A stretch of DNA of 60,141 bases from Spirochaetia bacterium (lineage in GTDB: Bacteria; Spirochaetota; Spirochaetia; CADAEX01). The position numbers and the translations under genes are program-made. Position 1 is the first letter of the stretch; each line of letters begins with the position of its first letter. Location: contig CAXXHA010000037.1 in the NCBI GenBank assembly GCA_963662265.2, positions 1-60,141 on the forward strand, read 5' to 3'. The notes under the pieces are model-generated. The model had not been told where the DNA came from and ran no database searches. It saw only the letters and a list, made by a program, of their open reading frames with translations. This document shows, one piece after another, positions 9,967-20,194 of this stretch.

Positions 9967-11139
9967 CTATTTTCTGAAAAGCTTTAACGGATAGTCATAA
10001 AAGCTCCTGTTACCGTTTTCAGTTATATATACAGATGCATCAACTTCAAATCCGACTTCCTCATACCAGATACCCGGAATAAGATGTACTGCCATATTTT
10101 CCCTGAGAACTGTTTTGTCCCCGGGTCTGAAACTGATTGTCTGTTCTCCCCAGTCAGGCGGATAGTTGAGACCAATTGAATATCCAAGACGGGATTCCTT
10201 GACAACTGCAGAATGTGAAATTGCCTGTCGCCATTTTGCCTCAACCTCTTCGGCAGTAACTCCCGGCTTGATAAATTCAAGAGTCTTTTGAAGACCGTCA
10301 ATAACAACTTCAGCTGTATCCTTCATCAGCTGCGGAGGATTATCCCCGAGATACAGTGTCCGGGCAATAGGAGCATGATAATGCTTGTGTACTCCTGTTA
10401 ACTCAAGTAATACAGCACCGTCATTTTCATATACCTTTTCAGACATAGTCATATGAGGAGTTTTTGTAGCTTCTCCTGCCATCATCAAGGGGACAATAGC
10501 CGGATAGTCACCGGAATATTCAGAAGTTCCTTTATACTGCGCATGAACAATTTCAGCAGCAGCATCACATTCACGGACACCAACATTGATACTTTTAATA
10601 GCCGCATCCATCACATTAACTGCAATACTGCCGGCCCTTTTCATCATTTCTATTTCTTCATTGGATTTAATTACCCTTATCCAGTTAACCAGAACATTTG
10701 CATCTGTAAAAACAGCATCCCCAAGGGAACGTTCCAGCTCGGCATAAGACCGGTGAGTGAAATAAAACTGATCCATTTCCACACCGATAGTTCCTTTATC
10801 CCAGCCTTTTTCCCTGATAACATCTGCAACATAGTTCATTGGATGACAGACTGTAGACTGAACATAGTGGTCTGCATATTCACGGATATTTTCTTCATTC
10901 AAATAAGTAGTTATCCTTGCCCCATTAGCATCCATTCCGCGGCCTATCCATATCGGCTCTTCCTGTGCAACGGAAACAACCAGACATTGATGAACATAAA
11001 AACTCCATCCATCATATCCTGTAAGGTAATTTATATTTGCCGGATGGCTCACAATCATGAGATCCATCCCTTTCTTCTGCATTGCTTCCTGGGTTTTTTT
11101 TACTCTTCCCATATATTCTTCTTTTGTAAAAACAGGCAT
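9967..11139 (-). CDS. doeA: Ectoine hydrolase DoeA/EutD (M24), paralog 2
   Basis: YLTGYDGWSFYVHQ, YVQSTVCHPM, TPH, GYSIGLNYPPDWGEQT; SD AAGGAGG. Confidence 0.85.
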   Translation of the reverse strand: MPVFTKEEYMGRVKKTQEAMQKKGMDLMIVSHPANINYLTGYDGWSFYVHQCLVVSVAQEEPIWIGRGMDANGARITTYLNEENIREYADHYVQSTVCHPMNYVADVIREKGWDKGTIGVEMDQFYFTHRSYAELERSLGDAVFTDANVLVNWIRVIKSNEEIEMMKRAGSIAVNVMDAAIKSINVGVRECDAAAEIVHAQYKGTSEYSGDYPAIVPLMMAGEATKTPHMTMSEKVYENDGAVLLELTGVHKHYHAPIARTLYLGDNPPQLMKDTAEVVIDGLQKTLEFIKPGVTAEEVEAKWRQAISHSAVVKESRLGYSIGLNYPPDWGEQTISFRPGDKTVLRENMAVHLIPGIWYEEVGFEVDASVYITENGNRSFYDYPLKLFRK

Positions 11140-11228
11140 AAAGCCTCCTTTGTAAGTATTTTCAGGAATTCTAAAAAATGTTTTCTATTCTCAGTCCATA
11201 AAGAGTTTTCCGGCTACCAGTTCAGCTG

Positions 11229-11960
11229 TTACATATAACCCTGAAATTCCCGTTTTATCACTGAAGAATAAACAAAATCTATCATTGTCATGTAATCAAA
11301 AACCGGTACTCCTGCAGCCTTCCTGACTGCTGCGCCATAGGGCGGCATCAAGCTGCATTCCAGAAGAATTGCTTCCACACCGTGATCCCGGTCTTTAATT
11401 TTCCTTGCAGCATCAACAATTTCCTGTTTCACTCCTGAAGAATCAAGTATCCCGGATTCTTCAAAGACTGCATTGAAGAAATATCTGCTGTTTTCCAAAC
11501 CTTCTATTATAAGATTCCTGGAATCCAGGACACCTGCTTTGGATAATACAAAGTCGTTGAGGGCCCTGGAGTTTGCGGTAATAATCCCTATTTTGGAATT
11601 ATTTCCTATGATCAGGCGAATGAACGGTATCTGCATCAGACTCGACATAAATACCGGAACATTTACAGCCTGTTTTATCTGTTCCTGATACAAAGCCATG
11701 AAACCGCAATCTCCGGTAATTGCCTGTACACCTTCAGCCTGCAGGGCAAGTGCAGCGTCAACAAGGTCGGCTGCCAGAGTCATATCGTGATCCATAATCC
11801 GTTCAACAGAAAATCCGGGGACCCTCTGAAAACGGACAGGATAGTTATATGAGCTTGCATTTGCCACATCGCCCGGTATAAAAGGAACAAAATTCTCCAG
11901 CAGGATTATTCCAATTGGTTCACCGTAACTCACCTGCCCGGGTTTGGAGCGATAAATCAT
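11229..11960 (-). CDS. Aspartate/glutamate racemase family protein
   Basis: IPGDVANASSY, two-cysteine motifs ITGDCGF and ILLECS. Confidence 0.8.
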   Translation of the reverse strand: MIYRSKPGQVSYGEPIGIILLENFVPFIPGDVANASSYNYPVRFQRVPGFSVERIMDHDMTLAADLVDAALALQAEGVQAITGDCGFMALYQEQIKQAVNVPVFMSSLMQIPFIRLIIGNNSKIGIITANSRALNDFVLSKAGVLDSRNLIIEGLENSRYFFNAVFEESGILDSSGVKQEIVDAARKIKDRDHGVEAILLECSLMPPYGAAVRKAAGVPVFDYMTMIDFVYSSVIKREFQGYM

Positions 11961-11966
11961 CTGCCT

Positions 11967-13250
11967 CTATCCGCCGATTAGTGATGAATTCGGCAGCCAT
12001 AATGCTAATTGAGGGAACAGAATTATAAGTATAGTTGTTAATATCAGCATTAAAATAAACGGAGGAGTACTCCTGATAACTTCCCAGTAAGGACGTCTGA
12101 ATATCAACTGCGCTGTAAAAATATCACATCCAAAGGGAGGAGTCGCAGATCCGATAGCGGCCTGCAATGTAACTAATGTTCCAAGAAAAACAGGATCAAT
12201 ACCGGTTTTTGTAACATATGGAGCAAAAATTGGAGTTAGAACATAAATAGCAACAATAGGGTCAACAAACATACAGGCTACGAAATAAGAAACAACAACC
12301 AGGATAATAACCCACAGCTGAGTTGGATCTGGTCCAATCAGGGCCGGCATAAACTGCTGAGGAAGTCTCAGAAAACTGATAAACCAGCTGAAAGCCTGTC
12401 CTGCACCGACAAGAATAAAAACGACCCCTGTAATAATTCCGGTATCCAGTAAGGCACTGACAAGTTTATTCCATGTCATTGTTTTGTAAATAAATCCTTC
12501 CAGTAAAAGAGCATATGCAACTGCTACAGCCGCAGCCTCAGTAGGGCTGAATAATCCGGCATAAATTCCCCCGACAATAATAAGAGGAAAACCGAGAACA
12601 TGTACTCCATCCTTAATAGCCTGTTTTCTTTCAGACCATGTTGACTTTGGAATGACTCCCACTTTCTTTATTTTTGAATAAAAATATACATAGATTGAAA
12701 AAAACATGAATATCATTAATCCGGGAACAATCCCTGCGAGAAAGAGTTTTCCAATTGATGTACTTGTAACTACTCCGTAAACAATAAAACCAATGCTGGG
12801 AGGAATAAGCAAAGCTATATCACTTGAATTAATAATCAGCCCTAAAGTAAACGGGCTTTTATAACCTGCTTTCAGCAGCATCGGCCTCATTGTACCTCCA
12901 ATTGCAGCTACAGTGGCCTGAGTTGAGCCGGAAACAGCACCGAACAAGGTACAGCTTGCATTAGTTGTAATAGCCAATCCTCCGGGGATGTGACCGACAA
13001 ATGTCTTAATCATATTAATCAGCCTGGAAGCAGCCTTTCCTGACGTAATAATATTTGCACCCAGAATAAACATTGGTACACAGACAAGAGCTGCCGGAGA
13101 CATTCCTGTCACAATCTGCTGCACCAGTACACTAAAATTAAATCCCGGGAAAGCAATATTTATATAAAGAAGCAAAGAACCAAGGATAACCACCATGAAA
13201 GGGAACCCCAGTAGAAGCTTGCTGATCATAGAGATCCATAGTAATGTCAT
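11967..13250 (-). CDS. dctM: TRAP transporter large permease (TeaC/UehC-like)
   Basis: FGAVSGSTQATVAAIG, LLIPPSI, FSPTEAAAV, TPPFG; about 12 TM helices. Confidence 0.92.
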   Translation of the reverse strand: MTLLWISMISKLLLGFPFMVVILGSLLLYINIAFPGFNFSVLVQQIVTGMSPAALVCVPMFILGANIITSGKAASRLINMIKTFVGHIPGGLAITTNASCTLFGAVSGSTQATVAAIGGTMRPMLLKAGYKSPFTLGLIINSSDIALLIPPSIGFIVYGVVTSTSIGKLFLAGIVPGLMIFMFFSIYVYFYSKIKKVGVIPKSTWSERKQAIKDGVHVLGFPLIIVGGIYAGLFSPTEAAAVAVAYALLLEGFIYKTMTWNKLVSALLDTGIITGVVFILVGAGQAFSWFISFLRLPQQFMPALIGPDPTQLWVIILVVVSYFVACMFVDPIVAIYVLTPIFAPYVTKTGIDPVFLGTLVTLQAAIGSATPPFGCDIFTAQLIFRRPYWEVIRSTPPFILMLILTTILIILFPQLALWLPNSSLIGG

Positions 13251-13271
13251 TTTATATTTTCCTTATTATGG

Positions 13272-13850
13272 CTAATAGCCTATATTTCCTTCATCTTCAT
13301 ATTCGCTCTGCTGCTCAGGAGACAACCAGACTTCTTTTTCCACTATATTCTTAACTATGGTCCTGACATAATGAACAGCAGATGAAGCAAATCCTATAGG
13401 AACAATCAGAATGAATGTCCAGAAAGGGACTTGCAAAGCAGATGTTCTCTGGCCGAGAATCCTCATTTGATTCATATAGACAAAACTGTGGTAAGCCATA
13501 ATAAAGAGAACAAGAGCACTTACTGCTGATATTATGAAGATAAAAATCTTTTCTATTCTGGCAGGCATAAGATCCAGGAAAGCTCCCATTCTGATATGTC
13601 GTGCTTTTCGAGCCGCATAACTTACCCCCACCATCGAAATAAGAATTATAAGAAACTTCGATACTTCATCTGCAAAATATATAGATTGAAAAAATGTTCT
13701 GGCTATTACATTTGCAATTAAAATAACAGCTAAAGAAGCTGTGCCTGCAGAAAGAATAAAAACTTCAAAACAATCAATTATCTGTCCAAATCGCTTGCCG
13801 ATTTCTTCAGATTTTTTTTTCAAATCAGATACAACTGATTTCTCACACAT
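13272..13850 (-). CDS. dctQ: TRAP transporter small permease (TeaB-like)
   Basis: 4 TM helices, ANVIAR, YAARKARHIRM; ATG at 13850 preceded by AAGGA (the ORF track start of 13901 is probably too long). Confidence 0.88.
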   Translation of the reverse strand: MCEKSVVSDLKKKSEEIGKRFGQIIDCFEVFILSAGTASLAVILIANVIARTFFQSIYFADEVSKFLIILISMVGVSYAARKARHIRMGAFLDLMPARIEKIFIFIISAVSALVLFIMAYHSFVYMNQMRILGQRTSALQVPFWTFILIVPIGFASSAVHYVRTIVKNIVEKEVWLSPEQQSEYEDEGNIGY

Positions 13851-13914
13851 AAATCTATCCTTCGTTAAATAGAGTAGTAATACCTTAGATGCAGGTATCA
13901 CTACTCATTCCTGT

Positions 13915-14982
13915 CTACTTAATATTAAGAGCTTTTTTTGCGTTTTCAATGTCAGCTAACAGGATTTTCAGTGCTTCAACAGCGCCTTCTCCTGCTACAT
14001 CCGGGTACTTTTCTTCCCAGACTATCTGTGCTGATTTTTTAGCCTTTGCAATATCTTCCTTGCCCCATTCTGTCCATACAATATCAGGTCTTTCTTTTTC
14101 AATTTTTTTCCGGTCATCTGCATTACGAGCATTAATCCATTTTGCAGCCTCGAGAATATTGCTGTAAAAGTAGTTTTTCATTTCTTTCTGCATATCTGAC
14201 GGAAGCTTGTCATAAAACTGCATATTTACAGCAGGAATTCCAAGAAAAGGCTCTGCCCACATCTGTGTGAAATAATCTGTAACTTCATAAAATTTCATAC
14301 TGTAATCAGCAAAAAGAGGATTTATCTGCGCATCAATAAGCCCTGTCTGCAGTCCGCTGTATACTTCTCCATAAGCCATAGGTGTGGGACTCATTCCATA
14401 TGCCCGATGATCTTCAACAAGAAGCTTTGATCCCATTACACGTACTTTAACACCATCAAGATCTTCATATTTAACAGTTTCTTTTTTTGATGTAAGCCAC
14501 TGCCAGCCTTCATACATAATACCGAGGGGAACCAGTCCATTCTTTCTGAAAGCTTTATCCAGAAAAGGCATAAATTCTCCATTGTTAACAACCCATTCAA
14601 GGACTTCCGGCATTCTTTCCTCGGGCCAGATATAATGAAGGGCAAGAACCTGTACTTCAGGAACAAATGCGCTTATCCATGCATAATCAGTAAAAACAAA
14701 TTCCACCACCCCTATCTGTGCCAGTTCATTGATATCCCGTGTATCACCCAGAGTTCCATAAGGATATACAGCCAGATCAAATTGGCCATCAGTTTCTGTC
14801 CTCATGTGGTCTGCAAAATTCTCTGCCCAGACTGTCATGAAATCCCCTTCAATCTCTTCAGAAGCTAGTTTTGCAGTAATTACTTTTCCATTTTTTTTTG
14901 ATTCTTTCTGACCGTTGGCAAAAACACCGCCAGAAACCAGTATAAGAATAAGCATTGCAAGAATAAAAATTTTTTTACTCAT
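13915..14982 (-). CDS. dctP: TRAP solute-binding protein (TeaA/UehA-like, putative ectoine binding)
   Basis: Signal peptide, VYPYGTLG, KVRVMGS, YGEVYSGLQTGLIDAQINP; SD AGGAGG. Confidence 0.88.
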   Translation of the reverse strand: MSKKIFILAMLILILVSGGVFANGQKESKKNGKVITAKLASEEIEGDFMTVWAENFADHMRTETDGQFDLAVYPYGTLGDTRDINELAQIGVVEFVFTDYAWISAFVPEVQVLALHYIWPEERMPEVLEWVVNNGEFMPFLDKAFRKNGLVPLGIMYEGWQWLTSKKETVKYEDLDGVKVRVMGSKLLVEDHRAYGMSPTPMAYGEVYSGLQTGLIDAQINPLFADYSMKFYEVTDYFTQMWAEPFLGIPAVNMQFYDKLPSDMQKEMKNYFYSNILEAAKWINARNADDRKKIEKERPDIVWTEWGKEDIAKAKKSAQIVWEEKYPDVAGEGAVEALKILLADIENAKKALNIK

Positions 14983-15029
14983 AATAATAGATCCTCCTGT
15001 TTCTAATATTTTTTTTGTTTTAGTAACTA

Positions 15030-16247
15030 TTAAGCCTCCTTAAAACCCTGCTTATTTAAATAAGCGAGAGCTCCTTCTACAAAAAATTCCACACCTTTAT
15101 CTAAAACATCTTCATCAATATTGAATCGAGGATTATGATGCGGATAGTCTGTTCCTTTATCAGGATCTGCAGCTCCCAAAAAGACAAACACTCCGGGCAC
15201 TCGTGAAGAAAATGCTGAAAAATCCTCTCCTGCCATTGATGCATGTTCTACTACATTACGATCATCTCCTAAAATCTTGACAGCGGTTTCCCGTGCAAGC
15301 GCAACCATCTCCGGGTGATTTACTACAGCATAGTTTTCCCGTTCAATATCAACTTCACACAAACACTCATGTGTTACGCAAACACTTTCTGCAACACGCT
15401 TCAAACGTTCCGAGGGATTCTCTTCGCTGTCATTCCCTCCCTCATACAGATACCTTACAGAACCTTCAAGCACAACTTCATCAGGGATTATGTTGTTCTT
15501 GACTCCTCCGTAAATCCTCCCGAACATAATAACTGTCGGCTGCATCAGGCTGATCTGCCTGGTTTGAATTACCTGTAAACTCTGAACAATATCCGAAGCA
15601 GCAATAATGGGATCGACTGCTTTTTCCGGATAGCCGGTATGCCCGCCTTTTCCCTTTACAGTTATTTTAAAGACATCCATCGAAGCCATTACAGCTCCCT
15701 GCTTTATACCCATTATTCCGCTGGGAAGCTGAGTCCAGATGTGCAGAGCCATTGCTGCATCTATTGCTGGATTTTCCATTACTCCCTGTGAAATCATTTC
15801 TTCAGCACCTGTTACTTCTTCATTAGGCTGAAAAACAAATTTGACTGTTCCGGAAAATTCATCTTTATTTTCAGTTAAAACTTTTGCAGCAACCAGCAGC
15901 ATTGCAGTATGTGCATCATGACCACAGGCATGCATGCACCCGGGATTTTTCGATTTATAAAAGACTGTGTTTTCTTCTTGAATAGGAAGAGCATCCATAT
16001 CCGCCCTTAACAGAAGAACCGGTCCTTCACCCTTTCCATTCAGGGTGGCGACAACACCTGTTTTAGCCACCCTTTCCGGTTTTAATCCAATATCTGTCAG
16101 GTAATTTTCAATTTTCTCAGCAGTTCGATATTCTTCAAATCCAAGCTCAGGATGCATGTGAAAATCCCGTCTTAACCCGATAAGCTCATTATTCAGCTCT
16201 GCAATCCGTTTTCTAATATTCAATTTCAGGCCCCATTGCTCCGACAA
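15030..16247 (-). CDS. M20D amidohydrolase (candidate N-acetyl-diaminobutyrate deacetylase)
   Basis: HMHPELGFEE, RADMDALP, MHACGHDAH, FQPNEE, GEDFS. The start may be the TTG at 16223. Confidence 0.85.
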   Translation of the reverse strand: MSEQWGLKLNIRKRIAELNNELIGLRRDFHMHPELGFEEYRTAEKIENYLTDIGLKPERVAKTGVVATLNGKGEGPVLLLRADMDALPIQEENTVFYKSKNPGCMHACGHDAHTAMLLVAAKVLTENKDEFSGTVKFVFQPNEEVTGAEEMISQGVMENPAIDAAMALHIWTQLPSGIMGIKQGAVMASMDVFKITVKGKGGHTGYPEKAVDPIIAASDIVQSLQVIQTRQISLMQPTVIMFGRIYGGVKNNIIPDEVVLEGSVRYLYEGGNDSEENPSERLKRVAESVCVTHECLCEVDIERENYAVVNHPEMVALARETAVKILGDDRNVVEHASMAGEDFSAFSSRVPGVFVFLGAADPDKGTDYPHHNPRFNIDEDVLDKGVEFFVEGALAYLNKQGFKEA

Positions 16248-16402
16248 CAGCTACATTGTATTTATTTTTCTTGCCCACTTTCTTCTCCATATATATAAGC
16301 GTGAAATACAGGGATGCCCTTTACATACAAAAATATCAGATTGGATTTGTCGATTAATTTTACATACATATCAGAACCTGTATCTCACGCTGTTTACTTT
16401 AT

Positions 16403-17785
16403 TTATGCGAGTTTACCCGCTTCAATTTCTCTGATTACATCACTCAGTATTTCAATTCCCTTCATAAGGTACTCTTCTGTAATTACCAGAGGCGGAAGAA
16501 GCCTTGCTACATTTCCGTGGTGGCCACCAACTTCGATCATGACTCCCCTCTGATGGCCGTACTTTCTCACCATCTTCGCATAATCAGCCGCCGGTTCCCT
16601 GCTTTCTGAATCCTTGACCATTTCGATAGCTATCATAAGTCCTATTCCGCGAACTTCACCAACAATAGAACTTTTTTCTTCCAGTTCTTTGAGAGGAACC
16701 ATTGCCTTAGCTCCAAGCTCAAGGGCTCTTTCCGGAATTTTATTCTCAGACATCCAGTTCAGAGCTGCTGCTCCTGCAGCATAAGCAACCATATTGCCCC
16801 TGAATGTTCCAATAGTTTTACCGGCAGGCCAGCTGTTAAGTTTTTCCCTGTATGCAATTGCAGAAATAGGAAATCCTATACCGCCAAGCGCCTTGCTCAT
16901 AGTAATGATGTCAGGAACAATATCAAAATGTTCAAAAGCAAACATCTTTCCGGTTCTGCCAAGGCCAGCCTGAATCTCATCACAAATCATCAATACATCA
17001 TGCTTGTCGCAAATTTCCCTGACACGTTTCATAAACCGTGTTGTAGGAATTATTGTTCCGCCTTCACCCTGTACCGACTCCATAATTACTGCCGCAGGTT
17101 TTAAATAACCTGAATGGCTGTCTGATAAGACACGGTCAAGGTTTTCTGCTGCCTGCAAATCAACATCATCATCTTCACATCCGAACGGATTACGGTATTT
17201 ATACGGGTAAGGAAGAAACTGAACTCCCGGGACCAGCTGTCCGAGTCCTGTACGATGGTGAGCATCACATGTCATGGCAAGAGAAATTCCTGTCATACCG
17301 TGATAAGCACCTTCAAAAGCAATAATTCCGTCACGTCCTGTATTCCATCGGGCAAGCTTAATTGCCTGCTCAACTGCATCAGAGCCTGTCGGTCCTCCAA
17401 AAAAGACACGGCTTAATTCTTTTGGAAGAAGTTTTCCAAGTGTTTCTACCATTTTTTGTCTGATAGGTGTCGGAATATCAAGTGCATGAGTTACATCATC
17501 TATCTGCTCATGTGAAGCCTTCAATACTTCAGGATGGCTGTGGCCTACTGCCATAACTCCTGCGCCGCTGAACATATCGATATAGATATTTCCATCCATA
17601 TCCTCGATAGTTGCACCACGACCCTTCTTTAGAGCCATAGGCATACCTTTTGAATAACTAACTGCTGAACTTTCATGCTCATTCTGAAAAGAAAGGATTT
17701 TACCGGATTCCGGTCCAGGAGGAACTACCTTTATACAGGGAGCTCCTTCAAAGGAAAGTTTTGCTAATTCCTTTTCACTAATCAT
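16403..17785 (-). CDS. doeD: Class III PLP aminotransferase (diaminobutyrate transaminase DoeD-like)
   Basis: GPTGSDAVE, DEIQAGLGRTG, SKALGGIG (PLP lysine), GTFRGN typical of DABA aminotransferases; ATG at 17785 with SD GAGGAGG. Confidence 0.8.
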   Translation of the reverse strand: MISEKELAKLSFEGAPCIKVVPPGPESGKILSFQNEHESSAVSYSKGMPMALKKGRGATIEDMDGNIYIDMFSGAGVMAVGHSHPEVLKASHEQIDDVTHALDIPTPIRQKMVETLGKLLPKELSRVFFGGPTGSDAVEQAIKLARWNTGRDGIIAFEGAYHGMTGISLAMTCDAHHRTGLGQLVPGVQFLPYPYKYRNPFGCEDDDVDLQAAENLDRVLSDSHSGYLKPAAVIMESVQGEGGTIIPTTRFMKRVREICDKHDVLMICDEIQAGLGRTGKMFAFEHFDIVPDIITMSKALGGIGFPISAIAYREKLNSWPAGKTIGTFRGNMVAYAAGAAALNWMSENKIPERALELGAKAMVPLKELEEKSSIVGEVRGIGLMIAIEMVKDSESREPAADYAKMVRKYGHQRGVMIEVGGHHGNVARLLPPLVITEEYLMKGIEILSDVIREIEAGKLA

Positions 17786-17875
17786 TTCATACCTCCTCAA
17801 AGTTTTTATAACCAATTCTCTCAGCGGTAGAACCCTTCGAGAGGTTTTTCAAAGTAATTTAAAAAAGAAATAATC

Positions 17876-18676
17876 CTATATCGACAGCCCTTTACCCAAT
17901 CGCTCGGAAATCCGTCCGGCCGCATTCATAAGCGGGATTCTTAAATCCTGCAAACGTTCATCAGTCAGTCGTATTGATGGCCCGGAAATGGAAATAGCAG
18001 CAACAATCTTCTGACGATAATCATATATAGGTGCAGCAATTGCACTCAGGTCATCACTCCATTCCCTTAATTCAAGTGCATATCCATTTTTTCCGGCAGT
18101 TTTCACCTCTTCAAGCAGGAGTGTCCTGTCGACAATTGTTGATTTTGTACGTTCGGTTAGAGAAAGAGATTCGGTAAAATTCTCCAGCTGTTCAGGATTG
18201 AGCCCTGAAAGAAGTATTTTTCCGGAGGCACATGAATGGACAGGATAGGTATAAGTTGCATCAGGATTAACAGTCAGGTAATGAGAACTTTTAATCTCAT
18301 CAATTGCAATCACAAGATCTTCAACAAGCACATTCAGATAAATATTTTCTCCAGCAACTTTCATCAACTCCATCATTACTGGCTTGGAGACATCCCGTAA
18401 ATTACAACTGAGAGGAACAGTGCTTCCTAATTTAAACAGCTTGAATGTTAACCCGTACCCCTCTTCATTTTTTTCCACATAACCAATTTCCATGAATGTA
18501 GAAATCATTCGGTGGACATTTGCCCTGCTGAAGCCGAAAGCCTTAACAATATCAGCAGGCTGAACAGGCTGATTGTTTCCAATGTATTCAAGCAAATGAA
18601 ATGCTTTTATTACAGTTGTTGAGAGAGCATACTTATGTGTCTCATTATTTGAACGCATGTTTATATTTCGCAACAT
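17876..18676 (-). CDS. IclR family transcriptional regulator
   Basis: N-terminal wHTH (SRANVHRMI), HSCASGKILL, AIAAPIYD, AISISGP. Confidence 0.92.
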   Translation of the reverse strand: MLRNINMRSNNETHKYALSTTVIKAFHLLEYIGNNQPVQPADIVKAFGFSRANVHRMISTFMEIGYVEKNEEGYGLTFKLFKLGSTVPLSCNLRDVSKPVMMELMKVAGENIYLNVLVEDLVIAIDEIKSSHYLTVNPDATYTYPVHSCASGKILLSGLNPEQLENFTESLSLTERTKSTIVDRTLLLEEVKTAGKNGYALELREWSDDLSAIAAPIYDYRQKIVAAISISGPSIRLTDERLQDLRIPLMNAAGRISERLGKGLSI

Positions 18677-18711
18677 ATTATTATGTTGTATCAGTTTTTT
18701 TGATTTGTCAA
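18671..18711 (-). promoter_or_regulatory. Promoter TTGACA-17-CAACAT overlapped by inverted repeat CAACATA-N4-TATGTTG (possible IclR operator)
   Basis: Inverted repeat at 18671-18688 covers the start codon and -10 region; -35 element at 18706-18711. Confidence 0.4.
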
Positions 18712-18994
18712 CATTTTCTTTTTATGAAAAGAGCAAATAATCATTATTTTCAGATCAAAAAAGAGCTTATTTAAAGAATTTTATTAAAGAAACCTAAAGA
18801 TTATTTATGCCTGTTTAAATGTAGATTTTCAAAGAAATCAGCACTCAACACCTTATAAACCTGTATTTAAGAAGAAAACGTAAATTAAAAAGGAAGAATT
18901 TAAAGCTTAGAGAATGGAAATTCAAATATCGGGGGATTGAAAAAGAACAGCAAAAGCTGCAGGCGATTTCTCTTCAAGCAGCTGATGTTAAATA

Positions 18995-19775
18995 TTATTT
19001 TGTTAACTTTTCATGTAAACGGCTGCTTATCTCCTCACTTGCAGCCTTCATATCCGGAAGATATTTCAAAGCTTCAGCCTCAGAGAATTTATCAGAAGTA
19101 CCGGAAAGACTTATTGCAGAACAAACATTCCCTTTACTGTCAAAAACAGGCACGCCAAGACATATAAGATCCAGACTAAGCTCCTGCTTATTTATTGCAT
19201 AACCTGTTTTTTCTGACTTTATCAATCTCTGCCCTCAGCTCGTTAAGGTCTGTAATTGTATTGGGAGTAGATGGAGTAAAAACAAGACTTGAGATAATAG
19301 ACTCGGAGGCATCATTGTCCATAAAAGCAAGCAGCACCTTACCTAAAGAAGTTGCATAAAGAGGCTCACTGTGGCCAATTGCAGAATCAAACCTCAACGG
19401 GCTGATTGTTTCAACCTTGTCAATATAGAGAACTTCATTCTGGTACAGAACAGCAGAATTCACTGTATATCCGGTTTTCTGTGATAAACGGAGCATGGAT
19501 GGACGCGAAACGTCAACTAAAGTTCTCAGTGCAGGAACAGTGTTTCCCAGCTCAAACAGCTTAAAAGTCAAATTATAAACTTTTTCCTTAACTTCCTCCA
19601 CATAGCCAAGGTCCTGCAAAGTTGCCAGAAGACGATGAACATTTGAACGGGTAAGATTAAGTTCTTTTGCAATCTGAACAGGAGTAAGCCCCCCTTCAAT
19701 TCCCATCAGCTCAATAATTTTTGATGCAGTTACAACTGTTGAAAGTTTTGTACCGTCAGTTTTGTTTCTTTCCAT
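18995..19775 (-). pseudogene. IclR family regulator, frameshifted (real or assembly error)
   Basis: N-terminal part (ORF 19188-19811, start ATG 19775) and C-terminal part (KTGYAINKQE...AISLSG, ORF 18995-19225) join in frame if one A is removed from the A6 run (T19207-19212). Confidence 0.8.
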
Positions 19776-19782
19776 TTTGTAA

Positions 19783-19811
19783 AATATATTATTCAAAACA
19801 AATCCAGTCAA
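19783..19811 (-). promoter_or_regulatory. Sigma70-type promoter, probably leaderless, for the second IclR
   Basis: TTGACT-17-TATATT, then 7 nt to ATG 19775; no SD. Confidence 0.55.
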
Positions 19812-20194
19812 CTGATACCAGGTATTAAACTACTGCACAGGCTGGAACTCCGGGAACAGGAAATATCGCGGGAGTTAGAGTTGCAACAGCAATCGGCAGC
19901 GCTGGAGTGCTTACCGTTGGCGCAGAACCTCATGTAAGAACAGCACTGCGGTATTTAAACTCATAGACAATAAAAGGCAACAAAAACTTTTCAGGATAAA
20001 ACAAGGACCATATAATAGAAAAGCTGCAACTAAAACCTCTGAAAATTGGAACAGAAAAGAATATATAAAAAAAAAGAACTGTATTATAATATATTTTTGA
20101 TATTCAATTATAAAACACAGATGTGTTTGACTTTAATCAGCAACCCCCGCCTTATTAATAATTAAAAGTCGATCAATGAAAAACAGGGGCTTCA

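Noticed and set aside
10453-11238. 261-aa plus-strand ORF
   Set aside because: Antisense shadow of doeA paralog 2 with no motifs.
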